Shown: piece by piece, positions 41,084 to 55,203 of the stretch
How positions within the stretch are numbered: position 1 is the stretch's first letter
Layout: each line of letters begins with the position of its first letter
From: Eledone cirrhosa
Taxonomy: Eukaryota
Length of the DNA: 64,000 nucleotides
Direction of reading: 5' to 3'
Assembly (NCBI GenBank): GCA_964016885.1
Contig: OZ024740.1
Span: 61,256,001-61,320,000 of the forward strand
The notes under the pieces: model-generated
The model's database searches: none
The model's input: the letters and a program-made list of their open reading frames with translations, nothing else
What the model was told of the DNA's origin: nothing
Program-made: the position numbers and the translations under genes

Positions 41084-41569
41084 CTAATTGTAATACGTGA
41101 CGTATTCTATTCTATAGCGATTAGGTCTTCAAAATGTTTATTATAAACATACAGAATATTTTCGAATATTCTATGTCTATATTCATATATATAAATATAT
41201 ATATGCTGTATATATATATAATTTTCTATTACTTCACGTTTCCCGCCGAAGTTGTTCATCAGGTGGCATAACATTGTGTGTGTGTGTGTATGTATATATG
41301 TGTGTCTGTGCTTATGTGTGTTTGCGTGTGCCTGTGAATTGAGGCACATTCCAACATATAAGCCATATAGACCTAAGTACACTATGTTTATGTATAATAA
41401 ACATACACATATATGTTAAAATAATTACAGCGCGACTATCACACCTACCTTAATATCGATGTAAAAGCATATATTTCATATAATTAAATATTCTGAAATG
41501 TCAATGTTAAGTTGTGTAATATCCAAAAATTCTCCATGAGCTTATAACAATGTTCATAACTAGAATAAT

Positions 41570-41810
41570 CGACTTGTGAGTTCCATTCTTGACAACACAC
41601 TATTTCCTTGAGCAAATCACTTGATTTCATGTTGCTCCAGTCCACTTAGCTGGCAAAAATGAGTTGTACCAGACTTGTCACATATTGTGTCATGTTGAAT
41701 GCACACGTGTCTGTGGAATGCTCAGTTACTTGCACGTTACCTTCTTGTGCAGATTATTCCATTAGTCAAACAACTGGAGAAATCGTCATCAGAACCGATG
41801 GAGGTCCAAC
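41570..41810 (+). mobile_element. SINE family B, degenerate
   Basis: TCCTTGAGCAAATCACTTGATTTCATGTTGCTCCAGTCCACTTAGCTGG is the reverse complement of the 52283-52330 block. Confidence 0.6.
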
Positions 41811-42079
41811 ACACACACACACACACACACATGTGTTTCCTAAATGGGTTCAATTGAGCCGAAGGGTCCCGTGAAAAAATTACAGATTTCCGCGCAAAAG
41901 TAATCTGTATTTTAAAACCGACTCAGGCATCTTTCACCGATCAGGCTGGTTATAGATCATTTCTGAGAAAATAGAGAAATGCTTGAAAATAAAAAAAATA
42001 TTTTTGTTTCATCTTTGTGTAGACTCGATGACATCAGTTTTTTTCTGACATGTTTTTCAACTGATTTTATTTTTTTACT

Positions 42080-42215
42080 CAACCCAGCTGTTTAACGGCT
42101 CAACTGCTCAGCGGCCCAGCTGCTCAACGACCAACCGACTCAGCGGCCCAGCAGCTGAACGGCTCAGCGGCGCAGCGGCCCAGCTGCTCAACGCCCCAGC
42201 GACTCAGCGGCCCAC
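42080..42215. repeat. GC-rich minisatellite (GCTCAACGGCCCAGC-like units) near a probable MITE end
   Basis: Repeated CTCAGCGGCCCAGC/CTCAACGG units. Confidence 0.7.
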
Positions 42216-42619
42216 TGGGCCAAAAGCCCGTATAGCCAGTCCGCTTCTGTTTCCGTGAGATAAGATATCTTTTAATAATATTTAGAAAATAACAAACATA
42301 CAAACGAAAAATAAAACTATTGTCTTCTTTATGTATAAATTCTGTCTGAAAAACATTTTCTTTTATTTAATCTCATATTAAAAATAAGGTGGTATTTTTT
42401 GGTAAAATATAGGTATGGGATTTGCATTATTTTCAATCGTAAAAGTCTTTTGCGACAAAATTAAGTTGGTGAGCCATTGGTCGATGTGATTAATTTTGAA
42501 CAAAATTCATCAGCTCATAAAATATCTTATAAGATTTAACATGACTAAGTTTCACATGAATGTTTTGATTGATTATTGACGTATATTTCAGAGAGATTTG
42601 CTCAATGTCCAATTTGGTC

Positions 42620-42652
<33 letters not shown>

Positions 42653-42660
42653 TATATACA

Positions 42661-42709
<49 letters not shown>

Positions 42710-42734
42710 TCGTGCATATGCATATAAATTAATA

Positions 42735-42918
42735 AATAATTGTTTCTACTTTTGGCACAAGGCCAGCAATTATCCCAGTGCATTACTGGTACTTTATTTT
42801 ATCGACCCCGTAAGGATGAAAGGCAAAGTTAACCTCGGCGGGATTTGAACTCAGACCATAAAGGGCCGTAACTCTATACTACAAAGCATGGCATCCGACC
42901 CTCTACCGATACTGCCAT
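42735..42918 (-). mobile_element. SINE family A
   Basis: Reverse complement of 330-512. Confidence 0.82.
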
Positions 42919-43071
42919 AAATAATATGTTACACACACACACACATATATATATATGTATATGTATATATCTATATATATATACATACATATGTATATAT
43001 AAATATATATATACATATATATATACATACACGCATATATATATATATATCTTTTACTATTTTACCTGTTC

Positions 43072-43159
<88 letters not shown>

Positions 43160-43161
<2 letters not shown>

Positions 43162-43355
43162 GTGTCGGATTTACCATTGTGCTTAGGTCTCCTTAAACAC
43201 AAGGCCCCGTTGCCCAGATGATGAGGGCCCATCTACCTGCCCCCAAAAATTTTTACGATGAATTTTTCAAATGCTTTTCAAATGTCAAACGTTGAAAGGG
43301 GCCTCATACCTCATACCTAAACTAGCACATACCCTCATTTGTCCTAAATCCGGCA

Positions 43356-43358
<3 letters not shown>
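43160..43358. mobile_element. MITE (hAT-like TIRs)
   Basis: TIRs TAGTGTCGGATTTA / TAAATCCGGCACTG, inserted in (TA)n. Confidence 0.7.
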
Positions 43359-43405
<47 letters not shown>

Positions 43406-43446
43406 ATAATATTAATAAATGGAAACTATCTTTATAAAACCATATT

Positions 43447-43507
43447 TATTTTATTATATATATTTCAAGGGTACCAGTATTTTGGTACGCTCTCGTCAGA
43501 TAAAATA
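43447..43507 (-). ncRNA. Type I hammerhead ribozyme
   Basis: Minus: TATTTTAT-CTGACGA-GAGcGTACC-aaaatact-GGTACcCTT-GAAA-TATATA-TA-ATAAAATA; decayed relative at about 12055-12155 and palindromic end at 11168-11255. Confidence 0.8.
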
Positions 43508-43593
43508 CAAAAATTGGTTTACAGATAGTGACCTATACACATAAGAACTTAATGTTGTGAGTTCTATGTGAATAGATTAATTAATTAAGTTTG

Positions 43594-43679
<86 letters not shown>

Positions 43680-43748
43680 ATGTTTATCCCGGGTTCAATC
43701 GGGGGTAACCACAGTAAGTAAGGTACTCAATACATAGCAAAGTATAAA

Positions 43749-43872
43749 TATTTAATATAGAAATGGCTTCTACAGGACTAGAACTGTTTCATTCGGGAAA
43801 AATCATTAGGAAGCCTGATGATTTCTCCCGAATGAAACAGTTCTAGTCCTGTAGAAGCCATTTCTATATTAA

Positions 43873-43876
<4 letters not shown>
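43749..43876. mobile_element. Palindromic pseudo-LTR fragment with hammerhead core
   Basis: CTGATGA 43815-43821, GAAA 43834-43837, GTC 43846-43848; the stem I 5' strand appears lost at the inversion; tail at 43685-43748. Confidence 0.6.
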
Positions 43877-43919
<43 letters not shown>

Positions 43920-43952
43920 CATTCATACATACATACATACATACATACATAC

Positions 43953-44097
<145 letters not shown>

Positions 44098-44392
44098 GCA
44101 GTCCTGTAGTAGCTTGGGCAAGTATCTTTACCATAATCCCGGGACGACAGCTTTGTGAGTGAAATTGGGTTGATGGAAACTTTATGGACGCCCAACAAAT
44201 GGATTGTAAGGTCCAGCCTACTCGCGTATTGTATCACCCTGATTCGGCTCGGTAATTACATTAAGGTTACACGTGTCTGTGGAATGCTTAAACACCTATA
44301 CGTTAATTCCCAAGTTAAGTTGGACGTTGGATTGAGCGAACGACTGAATGCTAATCGCCGAAATTGACGGAGGATCCCTCATATCTCTCTCG

Positions 44393-44454
<62 letters not shown>

Positions 44455-45262
44455 GTGTATATATACGCACATACACACACACATTTATATACGTATATAT
44501 TTATATAAACATACACAGAGACAAACACACACACACACACATATATATATACGCACACACACACACACACACATATATATATGTGTGTGTATATATACAC
44601 ACACGCACACACACACATTTATATACGTAAATATTTATATAAACATACACAGAGAGCTTAACGGAACTTATACCAATCTTTTAGTTTTTTTGTCGTTTCG
44701 TTATCCAATGATGGAACGATGCATTGTGTTTGTGTATATGTGTGTATGTTTGTGCGTGCGTGTTTATGTGTGTGCGTGTAGGTGTGGGTGCATGTGTGTG
44801 TTTGTGTGCTGGTCGTACGGTGAGACGGAGTGGCAGTCTAATGGTGAGACAGAGGCTTACTGGGAGTGTGGGTGATATTTGTGTAAAAATGAAAGTATGA
44901 TGATAGACCGGGGAGGTAGGATAATGTTGATGACGTTGGACATGGGGCAACTTTATTATTTGTCATAACCTCCTCACGACAGAGGCAGATGAACGGTCGT
45001 CTGCCTCTGTCGAATTCGACAGCTGATCTACGTTTAGATTACTTTCATAGCAGACGTTTGTGTGTGTGTCAATATGTTGTCACTATACTCCAACATTCAT
45101 GCTTACGCTTTCGCTATGTATGTATGTATGTATGTATGTATGTATGTATGTATGTATGTATGTATGTATGTATGTATGTATGTATGTATGTATGTATGTA
45201 TAACGAAAACATACATACATACATACATAACGAAAGCGTAAGCATGAAAGTTGGGGTATGTG

Positions 45263-45323
<61 letters not shown>

Positions 45324-45344
45324 TTCTGTCCCTGTTCAATTTTT

Positions 45345-45392
<48 letters not shown>

Positions 45393-45399
45393 GAATGTG

Positions 45400-45441
<42 letters not shown>

Positions 45442-45447
45442 CACACA

Positions 45448-45949
45448 TACCCGTTAAGGGTGAAAGCAGCGATTATTTGCTTAAACTTTAATTTGTTATT
45501 TTAATAAATTAATATATATATAAAAAGGGATGAAATCGAAAATGCAACTGGAGTATTATTTAAAAAAAATATATATATATTTATTTGGTTCCTTTACCGG
45601 TTTCGCAGTTCTTCTGCTTTTCAAAAGTAGAGTTAAGATGGAGGGTCTGTGGTTTTTCTCACATCAGATGTGAGAAAAACCACAGACCCTCCATCTCAAC
45701 TCTACTTTTGAAAAGCAGAAGAACTGCGAAACCGGTAAAGGAACCAAATAAATATATATATTTAAAAAAAAAAATAAGACTCCAGTTGCATTTTCGATTT
45801 CATCTCTTTTTCTTTATACTTTCACTCGTGTAGGACACCGGTTATTTTTCAATTTGTAAAAAAACCCTCACTTTCTAATATATATATATATATTAAAATA
45901 ACAGATTAAAGTTTAAGCAAAGAATCGGTGCTTTCACCCTTAACGGGTA
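45448..45949. mobile_element. About 500-bp palindrome of a hammerhead-bearing pseudo-LTR
   Basis: Centre near 45666; inner arms 45525-45665 and 45667-45810, outer arms 45448-45507 and 45890-45949. Confidence 0.8.
45705..45740 (+). ncRNA. Minimal hammerhead ribozyme, U3-A8 core variant (mirror at 45592-45627 minus)
   Basis: CTT-TTGAAAA-GCAG-aagaa-CTGC-GAAA-CCGG-TA-AAG. Confidence 0.65.
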
Positions 45950-46151
45950 TATATATATATACATACAAACATACATGCTTATACGTGTGTGGACACAAAT
46001 GTATGTGTGTGTATATATATATATATATATATACGTACATACATACAACATGCATACATACATACATACATACATACATACATACATACATACATACATA
46101 CATACATACATACATACATACACACATACATACATACATACATACATATAT

Positions 46152-46602
46152 GCAGAACTGATGAGAAATCTGCAGATACTCCACCCTGATTACACCCTCA
46201 GATTTATGCCTGTGATTATTGGGGCACTGTGGTATGTTAGTAACTGCCTCAATACAAATCTTGAGAAGCTAGGCTTCACAGGAACAGAAAGAACACAACT
46301 AGTTAGGAAACTACAAGTACAATCCATAAATGGAACAGTAAAACTATGTAAAACATTTCAAAAATGTTGCATCTAATAACTGCATATACACATGTACAGA
46401 TACAAAGCATATACACATGCACACATATAATTTAAAACATACACATCCACACATTCAATAACATCCATATCTACACATGCAGACATACATACATATCTAC
46501 CTAGTTGATGTGTAAATTCCAATGAGAGAGTCTTGTGTCTATGTTAGAAACCGACTCTCTCTCTATTGGTAAAACTTTGTGAAATTATAAAACCAGAAGA
46601 AC
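46152..46602 (+). mobile_element. R4/Dong-type subfamily B 3' fragment in (CATA)n
   Basis: YAELMRNLQILHPDY..MPVIIGAL..GTVKLCKTF C-terminus. Confidence 0.8.
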
Positions 46603-46870
46603 ATACATACATACATACATACATACATACACTCACACATAGTCATACATACATACATACATATATACATACATACATACATACATACATACATACATAC
46701 ATACATACATACATACATACATACATACATACATAGATTACCTATATATATATATAAAGAAAACACATATTTTATTCATTCTATTAGTAATTGAAACTAC
46801 TTGAAACTTTACTCGAAATGTCCCGTTCTCAATTATTCAAACGTTTGTATAATCTGAGCAACAGGAACAG

Positions 46871-46978
<108 letters not shown>

Positions 46979-47071
46979 TACTGAATACTAACTGAATACT
47001 AACCAATACAATTACTAATTCTCACTTATTCCTAATTAAACTATTTTTCACTGCATTTTCTATTCCGTTTA

Positions 47072-48110
<1,039 letters not shown>

Positions 48111-48842
48111 GCGACCGGCTACTGCACACAACAGTCTAACCCATGGTAGCATGGAAGAACGGTCGTAAAACGGTGATGATGATGATATATATATATATTA
48201 TGTCTGTGTGTGGTGTATACATATGCATCATATATATGTATATGTGTATTTTCTTTGGGATAAATAACACTTAGAGAAGGGAGGGGGTGACTTGGTCTTT
48301 AGGCCGTAGACCTGGCGCAGTGTGAACTCCGCTTAAAGGCACCCAAACGGCAGGTGGTAGCGTAAAGCCGGATGAGGGATTATATGTGTGTGCGTGCGTG
48401 TATGTGTGTGTGTATGTGTGTGTATATGTATGTATGTTTGTATGTACGTATGTATGTATATATATATGTATGTATGTATGTACGTATCACTGAATATAGT
48501 TAGATATGTATGTGCATATTTCTACGTATGTGTTCATTAGAATATGTCTATAAATGAATACGTGTGTTAGCATGTAAAGAAATGTTTTCAAATGTTCTTA
48601 ATTATGCATGCATTATGTACATGTGTATATGTAATATTGCATAAATAAATATAAGCGAGTAAATATATATGCAAAACATGTAGATAAATGTGTGTGTGTG
48701 TGTGTGTGTGTGTGTTTATTGTAATTCTTTTTCTTTATTTTTACATTAATACGAATTTAATAAATCTAAACATTTGCAATGGTACTTAAAGCACGAATTT
48801 TACAACTCAATCTTTTCGGGAACTTTTACATATTTTGCATAG

Positions 48843-49085
48843 AGTGGCAGTTTAAGGTATTATTCCGCGGTGACTTGGCACAGTTGTTATAGCATCAGAC
48901 AAATGTTTATCAATATTTATTCTGGCTCTTTACGTTCAAATCACGCCACGGTCTATTTTGTCTTTTATCGTTCCGAGGTCGATAAAAAAAATACCAGTGA
49001 AGTACTGTAATCAATATTACAATCAACCTCCTGCGCCCCACCCTAAAAATTACTGTCCTTGTGACAAAATAATAAACCATTATTG
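48843..49085 (+). mobile_element. SINE family A, degenerate
   Basis: GTTCAAATCACGCC..GGTCGATAAAA..ACCAGTGAAGTACTG..CCTTGTGACAAAA. Confidence 0.6.
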
Positions 49086-49111
49086 TTGTTTTTCTTGTGG
49101 TGTAACCCCAA

Positions 49112-49414
49112 CAGAGGCATAACCAGGGAAAATAGCGCCTATGACAAGCAGTGAAATTGCGCCCCTGCCCAGCTCTGTATCTTTACCTATGGGCCTAATA
49201 GTTTATATGAATAGTTTAATGATCCAGCCACCATAGTGTTCTCACCCATGATAATCAGAGACAGATCATACATCTGAAGGAGTTTCTTTTCTCACTCTCC
49301 GAGGAGGCTTATTTGACTTTACTAGAACGTGCTCCTAGTCCAAGTGGCGCCCCCTTCATGTGGGGCTCATGGCACGTTTCGTGTCATGAGCGCCATATCC
49401 TAGATACACCTCTG
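49112..49414. mobile_element. MITE, degenerate
   Basis: Imperfect TIRs CAGAGGCATAACCAGG / CCTAGATACACCTCTG. Confidence 0.55.
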
Positions 49415-49546
49415 AACTTCAGTCAGTCCTGCTTCAGGACACCTATGACACTTGGAATAGATCTTTGATGCTTACTTTCAAAGATATTTAGCCGAGTCGA
49501 GTAAATATGCCCTTCTTCAGACTACAATATGATGATGATGTAGATG

Positions 49547-49662
<116 letters not shown>

Positions 49663-49932
49663 GAAAAGTATAGAAATTATTGTAGCAAGAACCCAACAGT
49701 ATTCCATAATATATATATATATATATATATATTGTTATACTTGGGGAGGGTCATATTTGTGTAATATTGCCAGAATTAATAACAGAACACACTCACTGTT
49801 TGGTTGGTTTTCGCTTCTCGCTGTCTTTTATATCGGTAATCTAACTTACTCGGTCCTCAATGTTGCCATTGACTGACCGACGGTCAAAAATAATACAGAT
49901 ACAATATAGACACAAACACATATATATAGTTT

Positions 49933-49974
49933 ATCATAAATCTTTCGTTGCACATCTGCAACATCGTCAGTGGT
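49933..49974 (-). ncRNA. Minimal hammerhead ribozyme in Penelope pseudo-LTR
   Basis: Minus: ACCA-CTGACGA-t-GTTGCA-gatg-TGCAAC-GAAA-GATT-TA-TGAT. Confidence 0.7.
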
Positions 49975-50213
49975 GTTATATTTTCCTCCTGTTATGTTGT
50001 ATGTCTACGCCATTTTTATTCAGTCTGTCTATATATTTATTTATTTATTTGCTTGTTTGTTTATTTTATTTCGTCTTCTTTGCGCATGCGTTTGCGTGTG
50101 TGTATAGTGTTATGTTTGCTGTGTGATGGGTGACTAGTGTGTGTTTATGTGCTTGTTGTTATTGTGCTTGTGTATGTATTTATTTATTTATTTATCTTAT
50201 TTTATTTACTTAT

Positions 50214-51268
50214 TTATACTTCTCTTAGGTCAGTGTTGTTTGTTTGGGTGTTGTTGTTATTCCATTCATTCTTTCTGTTTAGCTTTGGTCTTCTAATTTC
50301 TATTTCACTGGCCTCTCTGATTTGCCTATCTGTTGGGTCATTTCTATGTTTAGATATTATTCTAATTTCTATGTTGTCTATGTTACCGTCATGTTGTTGT
50401 CTAGCATGTTCGTATAGTACTGACCCGTTTTTTCGTCCTTTTAGTTCCCCCCAGTGTTGGTCTATCCTTTCACCTATGCTACGAGCTGTCTCACCTATGT
50501 ATGTTGTTGTCATGTTTCTGCAAGTACCCTCTGTACATCTTATGCTATAGACTACGTTTCTAGTTTTACAGTTTATCCGGGGGTTCACCTTACATATGAT
50601 ACATTTCCTATTGGTACAGTGGGTTTTCTTAAAAGGGTAGGTTTTGCTGATCAGGGATTTTATGGTGGTTCCTGGCTTTTCTACCACCTTTATTTTTAAG
50701 TGGGTCTTTCTCAGGGCCTTTCTACACTGGTTAGCTAATTTCCCTCCAGGGGTGGCGTCCACAAACATGACACTCTGGTATCTCTGGTTGTCGTACCATG
50801 AGGTGGCTTTCCCTATCTTATGTCTAGCCCTATCTAAGCTATTCCATGATTTGCTCCTGTATAATGGGCAAATTCCTTTTATGTCCAGTTCTATGAGGGT
50901 CTTATACTTTTCCATGGCTCCTTCGTATACTCTGACTCTGTCTCTTTGGTTGTAGCCAGAGAACTGCATGCGGTTGATGAAGTGTTGGATGTGTCTTTCC
51001 ATTTCTGTTGGGTCGCACATGCGGGACACATTCTTCATCACTCGTACCAAATCTGCGATCAGAATATTAAACTTAGCACTACTGGACATTGCTGAGTTTT
51101 TGACTATCAGGTATTTGGAGGCCATGGGTTTAGCATAGTGTGAGTGGAGAATTTGGGCTCTCTCGTCTATAGTGTTAATCCAGAGTTCTGTGTCTAATAC
51201 AGGTAGTCTATTGTTAGGGTGTTTGGAAGGGAAGTCGATAGTTACAGTTATACTCTGGTGTATGGAAT
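50214..51268 (-). pseudogene. Penelope-like RT C-terminus and GIY-YIG endonuclease (open but 5'-truncated)
   Basis: SIHQSITVTIDFP, PVLDTELW, CIICK..NCKTRNVVYSIRC, YIGETARSIGERIDQH, RQIREA; the listed ORF's first about 52 aa come from flanking repeats. Confidence 0.9.
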
Positions 51269-51356
51269 ATATATATATATATTTATTAAAATAATTTGAT
51301 ATATATTTATGCTTATCGAGCCCTCTTTGGATTTTAGTCTCCAAATTTATTATTAT

Positions 51357-51393
<37 letters not shown>

Positions 51394-51719
51394 TAAGCTC
51401 TATCTAAATATGGATTCAAAATCAAAAATTCTGTGCTAAAGCTTAAGTAAATTTATTCCACATGTCCCAACCATAAATGAAACTTAAGGGTTCAAGGCGG
51501 ACAGGATGGAGTAGAGTGATTTATATGAATGTTTGAAGATCATATTTTTTTTCAATCTCTTAGCCCAGCATGTCATTTTTATTGAAATTGGTATTACATT
51601 GAATTAGTGATGTTTTTTCGACTCCCAAACACGTTTGCTTCACTCTCAGTCAACCAATAATATGCACCATTTTATAACATCAATGGATATTTAGCGTTTT
51701 AATATTTGGGCCTACTCTG

Positions 51720-51985
51720 ATCACGCGCATGTAGGTGGATGAATTTGAGGAGGAGAGGGGTGCCCTTCCCGGGTGCTCTCGAAGCGTCGGCTCGTTCAGG
51801 ATTGGTGGGGTACCTGAGTGAACCCTGGGTGGTCATCCCCCCTATTGGGGAATTTTCCTTGTATTTTTATTGTTATTTTGTTATTGTTATTTATATTGTT
51901 TACACGTTGTATATGTAACCCCCCACTGACCCTGTCTTTTGTATTGTCCCCTATATGTCGGCCCTTGTGGCCAATAAATAAAACT
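51720..51985 (+). mobile_element. Tx1-type 3' UTR fragment
   Basis: CCCCCTATTGGGGAATTTT and CCCTTGTGGCCAATAAA shared with the 3' UTR at 27845-28050. Confidence 0.65.
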
Positions 51986-52267
51986 ATAATATTTGAATCA
52001 GTATATTGATTATTATGGTAAAATCGTTTCCAAAATAGTGTGCTCCAGATCTAACTTCCCTTGAATCCTTTCACCAGATATTCTCTCTTGCTTCGCAACT
52101 TAAATCCTAGGCGCCTTCGGTAAAAAATGACAGTGGGTTTGTACCTAGAAAGTTCTCCTTCGAACCACAAGTCCAGGAAATGTGTTTTTGTCGCCCATGC
52201 ATGCCAGTCTCCACTCTACACTCCACCGATGTTGTCCAAGGCCGGAACAGCTTAGCACCAGTGAGGT

Positions 52268-52410
52268 CGCAACTCATTTTTTCCAGCTGAGTGAACTGGA
52301 GCAACGTGAAATAAAGTGTCTTGCTCAAAGACACAATGCATCGCCCGGTCTGAGAATAGAACTCACGACCTCGCGTTTGTGGGTCTAACACTTTAACCAA
52401 TAAACACGCG
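52268..52410 (-). mobile_element. SINE family B
   Basis: Minus strand GGTCGTGAGTTCTATTC B-box followed by TTGAGCAAGACACTTTATTTCACGTTGCTCCAGTTCACTCAGCTGG. Confidence 0.7.
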
Positions 52411-52914
52411 TCTTGATGCGTGTGTACTGTTATATTTAAGCGGCGAATGGGCAGAGTCGGAATACTTTGAGGTATTCCTTCCAGCTCTCGGTCCTCTGAA
52501 TTCAAATCCCGACGAGGTCGACTTTGCCTTTTATCTAGTACTGGAGTTGATTCTTCCTCTATTTCTCTTTCTTACTTCCTCTTTGTCGCTATCTCTCTCT
52601 CTCTTCTTCTCTGGAAAAAAAATCGATGGCCTCTGCCAGGTTTAAAATGCTAAAAAACGCCGTATACCACTACGGCGCCACTACGACTCACGTAGGAGTC
52701 ACGGGTCCATACATATATTGTTTTTTCTTTGTTTTTTTCTTTAAACGATCGAGAAGACCCCAGAGCTCATTCGCTCACCGAATGGAGTGGAACTCGTCAA
52801 ATCGGACCAAGGAAACAATATTTCTATTGATCTTTCCATTGCTGATACTATCTACCGGTCGCAAATCCTGACAGACCATACATATATACATGCTATTATA
52901 TTTGTATTAGTTGA

Positions 52915-53105
52915 TAATTGTTTCTAGTTTAGGCACAAGGCCAGCAATTACCCAGTACATTACTGGTACTTTATTTTATCGACCCTGTAAGGATGAAAGG
53001 CAAAGTTAACCTCGACGGGATTTGAACTCAGACTGTAAAGGGACGTAACTATGCTAGAAAGCATGGCGTCCAACCCTCTACCGATACTGCCAATTCACCG
53101 CCCTT
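52915..53105 (-). mobile_element. SINE family A, full length
   Basis: Minus: AAGGGCGGTGAATTGGCAGTATCGGTAGAG..GAGTTCAAATCCC..GGCCTTGTGCCTAAAC. Confidence 0.85.
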
Positions 53106-53252
53106 AATGTTTCTATAATATACCATCAATATTGATGATTTCAATAATCTATTTATCTATAATTCAACGACTTTGAATTAAATCATTTTGGAATTCCACT
53201 TTTATATTTTGTTGATTATGAATAATTCAATATTATAAATGTATGTTTTTCT

Positions 53253-53313
53253 CTTAAAATGTCCTCCTTCATCTTAAAATGTCCTCCTTCATCTTAAAAT
53301 GTCCTCCTTCATC
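53253..53313. repeat. 20-bp tandem repeat x3
   Basis: TCTTAAAATGTCCTCCTTCA. Confidence 0.9.
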
Positions 53314-53677
53314 AGATGTAATCTAAACTGTTAGCTTAATTAATATTCATGACAGGGGCCTCTAGGAAATACGATCCTTTATAGTTTTAGATAATCCGCT
53401 ATTTTGTCTACAATGTGTTCACTTCGGTTAAATTTTTTTTTAATGCATTTTCTCAGTAATGAATACTGTTATAATATGTGCAGATGTATCTGAAAAGACT
53501 GAGAATTTCACTTTACAACCACAAGGTTCTGGGTTCAATTTCATTGCGGCGCAACTAGTGAAGATGTCTTCTAGAATGGCTTCGAGTTGACTAGTGCTTT
53601 GTTACTGGAATTTGATAGAGAGAAAGTGCGTGGAGTCTTGCTAGGATTGTATGTATGTGTGTGTATATATATATATG

Positions 53678-55117
53678 CTATCTCTTTCTCTTAATTTCGA
53701 GTATATATTTTTTGACCGGCCACCTTCCTGGTGGCAAGGTTGTAAAAGAAAAGAAATTGTCATCCCTTAAATCGCAAGAATGTTTTGCAAATTTTGAAGG
53801 TGCCGGCTATAGCAGCCATTTGTAGACTATGAATTAGGGAGCTGCGCTTTTTGTCCGCAAATCCAAGTTCAGTCATACTTTGGTCCAAGCGGGTTGGTAT
53901 ATAACCCGTAGCTCCAATAATGATGGGTATGAAGCTAAAGGTGTATCTTGGATACTGGATTTGCAAATTCCTCATCAATGGTCCGTAGATGTCCTCCTCC
54001 TGTATTTTTCTGACAACGTTTACAACAAGTGGGCAGCTGATCTCCACAACAGAACACGTTTTCAATGTGTGGTCCCAAACAACAATATCAGGCCGGTTGT
54101 GCTTTAATTTGGTGGCAGTTTTTATTTTCAGGTTCCACCAGTATTCCTTAGTGCCATCTGTCTCAATATATTCTTCCTCGTTTGTTGTTAATTTTGTTTT
54201 CCGAAGTGCATTCCAGATGGTTCTAGCTATCCCATCGTGTCTCATGGGGAGGTAGTAGCGAGATGACATTCTTTCGCAGCTGGCAACAATGTGGCTTACA
54301 TCCTCGATCTTTGTTTTACATAGCCTACATTTATTGTCAGCTTCTGGTCCTCCTCTTTTGTGCAGCAGATATTTGGTAGGGAGTTCTTGTTCCTGTATTG
54401 CATAGAGATATCCCTCAAGGTGTGATGTTATAAACTTGTCGGAACTACATGCTAGGCTATTTGAGTGGTTTATCCCCTTTATGGTCTGTGTTTTACGTCT
54501 CAAGTATCCATGCACAACTTTTTCTGTAAATTGGTCAATTTTTTAAATCTTGTTTGAACAATGAATAGGATCTTCCGATTTCTCTGGGTGAGAAATTTAT
54601 ATCAGGCTTTATTCCATATCTCTCCTCCAGATCAGTCGCTATTCTAATGATATTTTGTTTTCATGCTCATAAACCTGGGCAAGATGGTTGCCAACCTTTT
54701 TCCTCCGTTGAAGGTGTTGCTTCAGTGTTACTATCCGGGTCTCATATGTTGTTAATATTGATTTTAGACCCCGGCCACCTTCCTTGCGTGAGAAGTATAG
54801 CCTATCCACATCACCATTGATGTTAAAGTAACACTGAGAAGTTTTCGAGTTCTAACATCCATCTCACTTAGTTCTTGCAACGACCAGTTCAGCAGGCCAA
54901 ATGTTGGCGTTAGAATTGGCACAGCATAAGTATTGTGGGCAATGTATTTGTTGTACGCTGACAGTTCTGATGACCATATTTTCTTTACTCTTCTGAGGTA
55001 TTCAGTTCTGGTTCTCTCCTTATTTATGGGTCCATCATATCTGACATTCTCATCCTGTCCAAGATATCTGTAGTTGTCACCTGACTGTAGAGGTTGTATT
55101 GTCAGGTCGTTCATCTA
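53678..55117 (-). mobile_element. R4/Dong-type LINE 3' 1.4 kb (subfamily A)
   Basis: YRYLG RT thumb, CCHC finger and PD..D/ExxxP endonuclease in ORFs 54764-55114 and 53760-54515; 5' end abuts (CATA)n. Confidence 0.88.
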
Positions 55118-55118
55118 C

Positions 55119-55149
<31 letters not shown>

Positions 55150-55203
55150 TGTATGTATGTATGTATGTATGTATGTATGTATGTATGTATGTATGTATGT
55201 ATG

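Larger units (their letters stand above)
37175..41185. mobile_element. Fold-back tandem array of 310-bp hammerhead-containing units (retrozyme-like)
   Basis: Exact 310-bp period (37201, 37511, 37821, 38131, 38441, 38751, 39061); about 6.2 units, inversion near 39075, then about 6.8 units in the opposite orientation; flanked by (TA)n. Confidence 0.95.
49731..51268 (-). mobile_element. Penelope-like retroelement, 5'-truncated, in (TA)n
   Basis: Paralog of 4778-5971; 3' end TGACCCTCCCCAAGTATAACAAT nearly identical to that at 6436-6457. Confidence 0.9.

Noticed and set aside
37175-41185. CRISPR-like or ordinary satellite interpretation of the regular array
   Set aside because: Units are identical with no unique spacers, there are no cas genes and the context is eukaryotic; the hammerhead fold and defined termini explain it better
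44965-45030. Strong hairpin GACAGAGGCAGA/TCTGCCTCTGTC followed by GAAT-TCGA
   Set aside because: May be a decayed hammerhead stem II, but both core boxes are non-canonical
52600-52870. CpG-rich unique stretch with a minus-strand GTGAGT donor-like site
   Set aside because: No recognisable reading frame or matching acceptor; insufficient for an exon call
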